Assembly: GCA_964548865.1 (NCBI GenBank)
Contig: CAZJTG010000004.1
Location: forward strand, 1 to 41,948
Direction: 5' to 3'
Source of the DNA: an uncultured Solibacteraceae bacterium
GTDB lineage: Bacteria > Acidobacteriota > Vicinamibacteria > Vicinamibacterales > SCN-69-37
Length of the DNA stretch: 41,948 nucleotides
The translations under genes and the position numbers were made by a program. The notes below the pieces were generated by a model that worked only from the letters and a program-made list of their open reading frames with translations, did no database searches and was not told where the DNA came from. Every line of letters starts with the position of its first letter. The stretch's first letter is position 1. Of this stretch, positions 1 through 9,300 are shown one piece after another.

Positions 1-210
1 GGCGGCCTGACGGCCTCCGGTCCGGTGCCCATCGAGGTGCCGGTGGAGGCGATCGAGTCGAGCCCGGCGGGGACGCTGGCCAGGGTGCGCTTCGCCGTCG
101 GAGTCGCGGGCGACGCGGTCGTCACCGGAGACAGGCGGCTCAAGGCGGCGCGCGGCGCCGCCTCGGGACGCGCCGACGGGTCGTGGTGGAAGAGATTTTT
201 CAAAGGTTGA
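1..210 (+). CDS. 3' end of an unidentified CDS, truncated by the window edge
   Basis: Frame 1 is open from base 1 to the TGA at 208-210. Third positions are G/C-rich like the neighbouring genes. The ORF-track start at 25 is an internal GTG. The 69 C-terminal residues contain no motif I recognise. Confidence 0.4.
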   Translation, partial: GGLTASGPVPIEVPVEAIESSPAGTLARVRFAVGVAGDAVVTGDRRLKAARGAASGRADGSWWKRFFKG

Positions 211-1506
<1,296 letters not shown>

Positions 1507-1517
1507 ACTGAGACCGC

Positions 1518-1564
1518 CGAGGCGCCCGTCCGGGGAATCAACCTGGACGGGCGCCTCGCTTTTG
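1518..1564 (+). terminator. rho-independent terminator of purA
   Basis: A perfect 14-bp GC-rich stem pairs CGAGGCGCCCGTCC (1518-1531) with GGACGGGCGCCTCG (1545-1558). The loop is 13 nt and the stem is followed directly by CTTTTG. Confidence 0.8.
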
Positions 1565-1674
1565 CTATAGTCCCGGGGCCCGACGCCCGGCACGTTTTTG
1601 CGGCTGTTTCGGCACTTTGCGTTCATCCAAAATGGACACCCGGAAAACGACGGTTTCGCCGACGAGGAATGCGA

Positions 1675-1699
1675 TTGTCAAGGCCATGGGTCTTGACAA
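1675..1699. promoter_or_regulatory. candidate operator: 8-bp inverted repeat TTGTCAAG-N9-CTTGACAA overlapping the -35 box
   Basis: TTGTCAAG (1675-1682) and CTTGACAA (1692-1699) are exact reverse complements. The 9-nt spacer contains CCATGG. The right arm contains the TTGACA -35 hexamer. Confidence 0.35.
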
Positions 1700-1720
1700 C
1701 GCAAACGCGTCTGCTATACT
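1693..1720 (+). promoter_or_regulatory. sigma70-type promoter (-35 TTGACA, -10 TATACT)
   Basis: TTGACA at 1693-1698 and TATACT at 1715-1720 are separated by 16 nt. Both hexamers are at or near consensus. They lie in the only lower-GC intergenic stretch, just downstream of the purA terminator and upstream of the riboswitch-like leader. Confidence 0.55.
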
Positions 1721-1734
1721 GCGAGTGTCGCGAG

Positions 1735-1822
1735 TTGGAACGACAAACCGGCAAACCATCCGCGAGGGTGGGGCGCAAAGCGAAGGGCCTCGGGCGTCCG
1801 AGGTCGCCTGGCTACCGAAACC
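1735..1822 (+). promoter_or_regulatory. c-di-GMP-I (GEMM-I) riboswitch aptamer in the 5' leader
   Basis: The RNA reads CCGGCAAACC-AUCC-GCGA-GGGUGG-GGCGCAAAGCG-AAGGGCCUCGG-GCGU-CCGAGGUCGCCUGGCUACCG. All conserved GEMM-I blocks are present:
- GCAAACC
- a first hairpin, CCAUCC/GGGUGG, capped by a GNRA tetraloop (GCGA)
- CGCAAAGC
- a second 8-bp hairpin, GGCCUCGG/CCGAGGUC
- a 3' UACCG

The order and spacing parallel the V. cholerae Vc2 aptamer as I recall it. The element starts about 10-15 nt after the predicted transcription start. Confidence 0.75.
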
Positions 1823-1901
1823 AAACATGCTGATCTCTGGCGTGACGGACGGATTTCGCTCGGCCTCAGCTAGCCATCGACGGGACAGAGGGGTTCGATG
1901 G

Positions 1902-2387
1902 TTGGTGGGGCCGGGCCTATTTTTGGCCCTCCTGACGGTCTCCCTGCGGGCCATGGCCGAGACCCCGGTCGGCCTCGCCGCTCAAGGCGTCGATCCCCGC
2001 GTCGCGGTGGAGAACGCCTGGGGCCTGGACGTGCGCGACGAGCAGGGCCGGCCCGTGACTCGGGAGCAGGTCCAGGCCGACCTCAAGGCCGTCTCGGTCA
2101 AGCGGGCGGGGGAAAACGCCTTCACGTCCGCCCTGCCCAAGGCCAAGGCCGTGTTCGCCGCGCTCGAGCTGCTGGCCGAGGCCGCCGCCGCGTGGCGGCT
2201 CGCGGGGGAGCTGTTCCGGATCCCGGATTTGACGGCGGCCTTGCCGGGAGGCAAGCCGAAGCTGGCCGTGCTGTACTGCGCCCTGCTAGGCCTGGCCGCC
2301 GCGACCGTCGTCTACCGTTGTCGGGCCTCCTCCCGCCTCGCCTTCGTCCGTTCTCCGCAGAGCTCCATCGAAGTCCTCCGTTGTTAA
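1902..2387 (+). CDS. small hypothetical protein with an N-terminal signal peptide and a C-terminal TM anchor
   Basis: This is the coding frame of ORF 1617..2387 (G/C-rich third positions, protein-like composition). The 5' part of that ORF overlaps the promoter and riboswitch, so it cannot be coding. I propose a TTG (1902) or GTG (1905) start about 10 nt after GAGGGG (1887-1892); the ATG at 1827 is an alternative. The product begins LVGPGLFLALLTVSLRAMA|ET and ends with a hydrophobic LAVLYCALLGLAAATVVY segment. No domain recognised. Confidence 0.55.
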   Translation: MVGPGLFLALLTVSLRAMAETPVGLAAQGVDPRVAVENAWGLDVRDEQGRPVTREQVQADLKAVSVKRAGENAFTSALPKAKAVFAALELLAEAAAAWRLAGELFRIPDLTAALPGGKPKLAVLYCALLGLAAATVVYRCRASSRLAFVRSPQSSIEVLRC

Positions 2388-2494
2388 GACCTTCGCCAAC
2401 CCCCCCTACCTAAATACGAAGGTCGTCAGGGACCGGTCCCGGAAACAATTCCGTCACCCGCCCCCAGCCGGATAACCGCACTATAGAGGGTCCG

Positions 2495-3337
2495 ATGTCT
2501 ACCCTGGAGCGGGTCGCGTCTGTGGTCTCTTCCTATTACGCGCGCGCGCGAAACCGCGCCGTGCCCTCGCGGGCGCGGCTCGGTTTGGCGTGCGCCGTGC
2601 TGTCTTTGGCCGCTCTGTCCATACGCGCGCGCGCGCAGAGCGTCTACCCGCCGGCGCCGCACTCCGAGGTCAGCCTGAAGACCCCGAAGGAACTGATCTC
2701 GGCTTTGCGCAGCCAGGACCCCGCGACGCAGAAAGCCGCGAAGGCGGTCATGGGCCGGGCCGACAAGGCCATGGTCGGCGCGTTGCTCGTCTACGGGGTC
2801 GGGGCCCGGCGCGACGCCGGCATGAAGGTCGTCCTGCGCATGGGCCGCCCCGCCATCCCGGCGGTGCTGGAGCTGCTGGACGACGAGCAGGCCGGCGCGG
2901 CCGCCGGCGGCGCCCTGTTCCAGCTGCTCGGCGCCCAGGACCAGGAGCGTCTGCCTGCCCTCGCGGCCTGCGCGAAGAAAAACCCCCGCGCCGGCGTCTC
3001 CTGCGCGATGACCGCCTTCAAGATCGCCGGCCCCGGCGCCTCCAAGCATGCGCGCGACCTCGGCTCCTGCGCTCGGGAGGGGGAGGACGAGGCGCGCGTG
3101 TACTGCGCGGCCGCCGCCGGCAAGCTCGGCGCCGGAGCCGCGGGGGCCCTGGTAGACCTGCTCGCCGCTCTCAAGGACCCTCATCCGGGCGTGCGCGCTC
3201 AGGCGGCTGAGGCCGTCGGTTTCGCCGGCAAGGGCTCGCCCAAGGCGGTTGCGGGCTTGAAGGCGGCCTCCGGAGACTCCTCTCCCGAAGTCGCCAAGAA
3301 GGCCAAGGCCGCGCTGAGGAGACTGACGGGTGCGTAA
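2495..3337 (+). CDS. secreted HEAT-repeat (PBS-lyase HEAT-like) protein
   Basis: The ATG follows a GAGGG Shine-Dalgarno. A hydrophobic signal-like segment reads LGLACAVLSLAALSIRARA|QS. HEAT-like units include LISALRSQDPATQKAAKAVMG, IPAVLELLDDEQ, LLAALKDPHPGVRAQAAEAVG and GDSSPEVAKKAKAALRRL. The TAA stop (3335-3337) overlaps the GTG start of the giant ORF. Confidence 0.75.
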   Translation: MSTLERVASVVSSYYARARNRAVPSRARLGLACAVLSLAALSIRARAQSVYPPAPHSEVSLKTPKELISALRSQDPATQKAAKAVMGRADKAMVGALLVYGVGARRDAGMKVVLRMGRPAIPAVLELLDDEQAGAAAGGALFQLLGAQDQERLPALAACAKKNPRAGVSCAMTAFKIAGPGASKHARDLGSCAREGEDEARVYCAAAAGKLGAGAAGALVDLLAALKDPHPGVRAQAAEAVGFAGKGSPKAVAGLKAASGDSSPEVAKKAKAALRRLTGA

Positions 3338-6300
3338 GATCTCCTGGCGCCGGCTCCTGGCGGCGGCGGCCCTCGCTGCTGTGACCGGCCTGCGCCCGCA
3401 GTACAGCGCCGACGCGGCGACCCGCACTCTCGGCACGGGCGGCGCGAACACGGCCTACGTGGGCCAGCGCAACGTGCTCTACGTCCCCGGCCGCGGTTAC
3501 TGGGCGTTCTTCAAGTCGGTCAACTCCGACCGCGTCGTGTGGCGCTGGTCGAAGGACGGCCAGGACTGGTCGGCCAAGGACGACTCGGGCAACTGGACCA
3601 CGCAGGCCGACGCGATCCCCTTCCTGCAGACGGCGCCCAACGCCGCCTGGTCCTTCGCCAGCATCTGGTACGCGCCCGACCTCAACCGCATCTACGTGGC
3701 CGCCGCGGACGCCCTCGGCGTGCAGGGCAGCGGCGGCGGCTCGACCACCAACGGCCGCACCGGCGACACCAGCGGCGACCTGCTCTTCATCCGCTGGGGC
3801 ACGCCGCAGGCCGACGGCTCCATCACCTGGAACTCGACGATCCGCCAGCAGCGTATGACCGTCCGCGCCAACACCTGTCAGAACGTCAGCAACGGCGGCA
3901 ACCAGACGTGGGACCCCTTGGCCCGCCACTCCGCCCTGATCGTCTATTCCTCCGGAACGACGGCGTCCTCTCGCTTCGTCGCCGTGGCGGCCGACACCAA
4001 CCGCAACAACGGCGGCGTCTACGATGCCGCGGGCGCCATCGTCACGACCAACCTGACGATGGACGTCACCGGCTACCACGACACCGGCGGCGTCGCGCCG
4101 ATCAACGTCTACACGTACTGTCACGAAGCGACCGGCGCGAACACGGACAATACGCTCGACATCGTCGCCGGCCCGACGATGACCCCTTCGCGCGACGGCG
4201 TCAACGGCCGGGTCCTTCTGGTCGCGCGCAACGACAACCTGACCACGGGGGCCGATTCCAACGCCGACGCGGCCTTCATCACCCTCGGCCACACCAGCCG
4301 CGACGTGACCGCGATCGCCACCGACGCGAACATGAACGGCGCGGTCTACCAGCTGACCGCCACGGATGAGAACGAGGGTTGGGGCGTCTCGTCCATCAAC
4401 GAAGAGGGCACGAGCATCACGCATTTCGCCTACGTCAACCAGAACGGCGACCTGGCCTACCGCCGACGCACCGCCCAGGGAACCGTGACGGCGGCCTTCG
4501 ATCTCGATACGCGCGGCACCTCCGGCGCGGGCGGGCTGCCACTGTACGAGCCGGCGGTCTCCTTGACCAAGAAGAACCAGTCCTGGGTCACCAATGACAT
4601 TTATATCGCCTACGTCAGCACCGGCCGCACCGAGCTCCACTATATGGCGTGCCGCTCGACCGCGACCGCCCTGGCCTCGGGCTGCGACACGACCCGCGTC
4701 TTCCGCACCGGCGTCGAGCTCAACAACCCCAAGCTCGGCTTCTGGGGCGAGCGCAACGAGCCGATGCCGATCATGTGGTCGGACGTGGACAAGGTCTACT
4801 TCGACAAGATCATCACCTCGACGTTCGCGATCCCGAGCGTGACCAACGTCAGCACCGCGGCAGCCTTCAACGCCTTCCTGACCCAGCCCAACTACGACGT
4901 GATCATCGCCGGCACGAACTTCGAGTTCGTGACCGGCGCTTCGACGCCGACCCCGCGCTTCCAGATCCTCGCCAGTTCCGAGACCCAGACGGAGATCACG
5001 GTCACCTCGGTCACCTATATCGGGAAGACCTCGATGCGCGCCTCCATCGTGCTCTCGACCTACGTCAACGCGGGCTTCGACTACGATATGCGCATCATCC
5101 TCGGCGACGGCCAGGAGGTTCCGGCGCGCTTCGATCGCAACGGCGGCGCGGGTTCGAACGTCTCGCTGCCTTTCCGGCTCAATCCTCCGTCGCTGACCAG
5201 CGTCAGCGACAACGGCAACGGCCAGCAGGATCCCCTGCCGAACGCCTTCGTCTCCGCCGGCACCATCCTCAATAACGACGGGACGCAGAATCTCAGCCGC
5301 GTCGTGCGCCTGACGGGCTCGGGGTTCATGAACTGGACCGGCAACACCGGAACCATCGTGCCGAGCGCGAACACCGTTCGAATCCAGTTTCAGCGAGACT
5401 CCGACGGCTACATCGAGCCCGAGATCCGCGTCGCCTCGATGGTGTACTCCGGCGGCACCGTGGTCTCGGCGTACGTGCGCGCCTCCACGGTCGCCCAGCC
5501 CGGACAGTACACGATCCTGCTGACGAACCCGTCCTCCGGCACGGCGCTGTCGAACGCCGGAACCTTCTATATCACCGTCCCGACCGCCTCGATCACCAGC
5601 CCCGCCTCCGGCAACAACCTGGGCCTCGCCTTCGTCGCCGGCAACGTCGGCTTCAGCGCGGGCGGCTTCGAGGCGGGCCAGACGGCGGTGAGCTCGGTGG
5701 CGGTGCGCATCACCCACCTGGCGACCGGAAAGTCTTGGAACGCGACGGGCAACACGATGACCGCGTCTTTCGCGGATGATGAGTCGCGCTGGAACAAGGT
5801 GGCGCTGGCGTCGCCCGCCACCTACTACAACTTCCCGTTCAACACGTCGGACGCGAACAACATCCCGGACGACGGCCCGTACGAGTTCGCGGTGCGCGCC
5901 CAGACGCGAGACGGCGGCATCGGCGACCCGTACAACCCCTCCAAGATCTCCACCGTCGCGGTCAACCTCGACCGTTTCGCGCCGACGGCGACGCAAGTGG
6001 CTCCCTTCGCCTTCCCGACGGTCACCGGCGCGACGAATTCCATTACGGCTATCAACTACTTGTTTGCGGACGCCGGCACGGGCGTGCTCGTCAGCAGCAT
6101 CATGATCCAGGACATCGGCATTCCGACCGGCTCGACGGATACCTGGGTCGCTTTCACGACCGCCGGCGTGCTGCACGTCGCCGATCAGCAGGTGTGGCTC
6201 GCGACCGGGCCGGTGGGCGCGAACAACTACACGCCGCAGACCATCTTCGCTTCCGGCCAAGTCGGCACGGTCGGAGCGGTGATCGACAACGCCTCGTCGA

Positions 6301-9300
6301 TCAAGCTCCCGCAATGGGAGAACGGGCACAAATACGCCGTCTCGGCATTCTCCAAGGACGCCGCCGGCCGCACGGTCAACACCTCGACGAGCGGCACGTC
6401 CGGCTATACCGTGTTCGTCTACGACACGCAGAAGCCCACGGTCACCGTCACCTTCCCGGCCGGGCTGGCGACGAGCTCCGGAACGGCCACGTGGGTGACG
6501 AACTTCACGTCGCTCTCCGGCCTCATCCGCGACAACGTCTCCGACGCGCTGGATCCGCAGCACATCTTCGTGCGCATCGTCGAGCTCCTGCCCGGCGCCG
6601 CGGAGGCTCCCAACATCAATCGCTATGTCAACGCCTCCGGCAACGGCTTCACCTCCGACAGCTCCTACAAGCAGTTCACGCAGACCTTGTCGGCCGCCGA
6701 CGCCTCCGATCCGTGGAACTGGGATCTCTCCGGCATGAACGGGATCTTCAACGACGGCCTCACCTACCGCATCGAGGTGTACGCGGCGGACGGCGCGGGC
6801 AACTCCACGGGCACGGCCGTCTCGCCCCGGCACCGCCTGTATCTGCGCCTGGACAACACTCCGCCGGTCGTCTCCCGGGTCCTCATCAGCACGGACTCTC
6901 TGAGCAGCTCCTCCGTGGTGATCGGCACGAACTCCTCGGTCGGACTGTATCAGTCGACCAACCCGCTCCAGTCGATCCGGCTGCATCTCAACGACGGCAC
7001 CGGTTCCGGCATCGCCAACGCCCGCTTCAACCTGCGCTACAACGGCGTCGCGGGCCTGACCCAGTTCGACCGCCTCAATCCCTCCTCGTGGGTCTTCCAG
7101 AATCCCGAGGTGACCTACTACTGGAACAACGCGACCTCGACGACCACGCCGAACTTCCAGGTGGCTTTGGCGACGGGAATTCCCTGGCAGGAGTCGCAGA
7201 ACTACTCCATGCACTGGGAGATCACCGACATCGCCGGCAATCTCACGGTGTACGACTGGAACTTCAAGTACGACACCTCGACGCCGACGATTTCGGGCAT
7301 CAGCATCGCCTCCGGCACGACCTTCGGCGATTCGGCCGACCTGCCGAACGCGATCACCGGGCTGGTGGTCGACGAGCTCAATCAGATCGGCAAGGATCCG
7401 GCCGGCATCTTCCAGGTCGGCGTCGGCGTCCAGCGCATGAGCGACAACCTGTGGTTCACGCTCGGCGGCTGGTCGGCGACGCGCGCCGACCCCGTCATCA
7501 CCTCCTTCTCGGGCAACAACTGGTCGCTCACGCCGCTGGGCAGCCAATCCGGCCTTTTCTGGAACGCGCGTTCCACCGAGACGTACTCGCTCTACGTCTG
7601 GGGCCAGGACGCCGTCGTGTCGACCTACACCAACGTCAGCTCCTCCGTCGCGCTGAAAGGCGTGTTCCAGTGGGAAGTCCAGGCCCCGAGTTCGACCCTC
7701 GTCGTGCCTTCCACCACGACGAACAACGTGTGGTACTCCTCGCACACCGGCTTCAACATGCCGTTCATCATCACCAACGCCTACGACCTGCCGGCGTCCG
7801 GCCCCGGCCAGGGCTCCGACAACGCGTGCGCGATGTCCGGCGGTCCCGGCGTGTGGCCGGGCGGCTCCCGCAACATCTGCGCCGAGGAGGTCGAGATCCA
7901 GGACACGTCCAGCGGTCTCTGCTGGAACGGCGCCGGCGCCTTCGCGGCGACCTGCGGCACGCCCGGCGCCTTCCGCACCATGACCGTCGTCGCGTCGAGC
8001 TACACGCTCGACACGCAGATCGGGGTCGGCGGCGGCCTGTGGGAGACCATGCTCACGGGCAACACCTACCGCATCCGCGTGCGCGGCAAGGACGCGGCGG
8101 TCACCTCGGGCTTCGTCTGGAAGCCCAACACCGAGGTCCCGGCCACGCCGGCGGACTGCAACAGCGTCGCGCTCTCCAACGGCGGCACGCGCTGCGTGCG
8201 CGTCGACAAGGCCGCGCCCGTCACCGTCATCACCGATCCCGTCCACAACAGCGACATCACGGCGCCGGTGGCGTCGATCAGCGGCAACGCGTCGGACACG
8301 GGCTCGGGCCTGGGCAAGACCTTCCTCATGATCTGTCAGGACAACGCGGGCTCGCCCGATCAGACGAAGTGTCTGACCGACCTGACCGGCTCGGGCACGT
8401 TCACGGGGGCTCCGACCTGGTTCGAAACGACCGGCGGCGCGTGGACCTACAACACCAACGCCGTCACGGCCTGGACGGTCGGCGTCTTCTACCACGTCAT
8501 CGTGCGCTCGACCGACGCGGTGAACAACCTCGAGCCGTGGACGGCGGCGGCCGCGTCCAACTCCAACCACGTGCGCATCCGCATCGTCGCGCCCGGCGCC
8601 AACGGCGTCATCGTGAGGCCCTCGATCGCCGACGCGAGCTATCCGTTCTATCAGCCGACGGTCCTGACGACGATCACCGGCACCGCCAACGGCAACACGC
8701 ACGCGCAGGTGCGCATCCGCGAGACCGACAGCAACCTGTATTACGACAACAACGCGCCCGGCGCGGGCTGGATCGGGATCAGCACCTGGGTGACGAGCCC
8801 GACGGGTTCGCTGATCAACGTGGGCACGCGCGAGTACCTCTACGCGTTCGGCGGCTCCTGGCGCGTCAACCAGAACTACACCGTCGACCTGCGCGTCTGC
8901 AACGGCGTCGAGGGCGGCTGCTCCGGCGTGCTGGCCACCGAGACCTTCGTCATCGACTCGTCCGCACCCGTCAACTCCGTCTCGCTGCCGACGTCTCCCG
9001 CGCACCGCGCCGGCTCGCTGGCGGCCTTGTCCGGAAACGTCTCCGATCCCTCGGCGCCGTCCCAGCCGAACAGCCTGAACTCGGCCAGCGTGTACTACCG
9101 CGTCATCCGCATGAAGGACGCGCGCGAGTGGGCGGTCAACGCCTCGACCTTCGTCGCGCCCCCCGGCGACAATCTCATCGCGTCCGATCAGGGCGGCGGC
9201 CTGTTCACGTACACGACGACCTACCTCACGTCGGAGCAGATGTTCGAGGACGGCTACCAGTACCGCGCGAACCTGTTCGCGACCGACAAGGCCGGCAACG

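Noticed and set aside
1573-1600. A second small hairpin (CCGGG/CCCGG, 5 bp) followed by CACGTTTTTG just after the purA terminator.
   Set aside because: The stem is short, the loop is 8 nt and a 4-nt spacer precedes the T-run. At best it is a weak backup terminator, so I did not call it as a feature.
1887-1925. A tRNA/tmRNA T-loop-like string GGGGTTCGATGG and a GGGCC-TATTTTT-GGCCC hairpin.
   Set aside because: No acceptor stem, anticodon arm or tmRNA tag region could be built around it. It coincides with the Shine-Dalgarno and start and the signal-peptide codons of the small CDS. The hairpin has no U-tail.
1565-1954. A 129-aa - strand ORF, and the 5' portion (1617-1900) of the 256-aa + strand ORF, across the intergenic region.
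   Set aside because: This stretch holds the promoter and the riboswitch-like leader, has lower GC and shows no codon bias. Only the 3' part of the + frame (from about 1902) behaves like coding sequence.
2398-2450. An 8-bp stem, GACCTTCG...CGAAGGTC, and the palindrome GGGACCGGTCCC between the small CDS and the first HEAT gene.
   Set aside because: Neither is followed by a U-tract, and the first loop is 20 nt. I cannot separate a terminator or attenuator role from chance GC-rich self-complementarity, so I left them uncalled.
2539-2636. (CG)6-type dinucleotide runs at 2539-2550 and 2624-2636. Similar runs occur near 9655, 14379, 18240, 19310 and 20820. They could be Z-DNA or slippage/phase-variation tracts.
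   Set aside because: All of them encode Arg-Ala-Arg (the ARAR / RARD motifs of the proteins) in the extreme GC codon usage. At 12-13 nt they are too short to be credible contingency repeats.
2426-3451. A 341-aa - strand ORF and + strand alternative-frame ORFs (2590..3210, 2791..3174) over the first HEAT gene.
   Set aside because: These are antisense or out-of-frame GC artefacts. The 2495..3337 frame has a signal peptide, HEAT-like repeats, a Shine-Dalgarno and translational coupling to the next gene.
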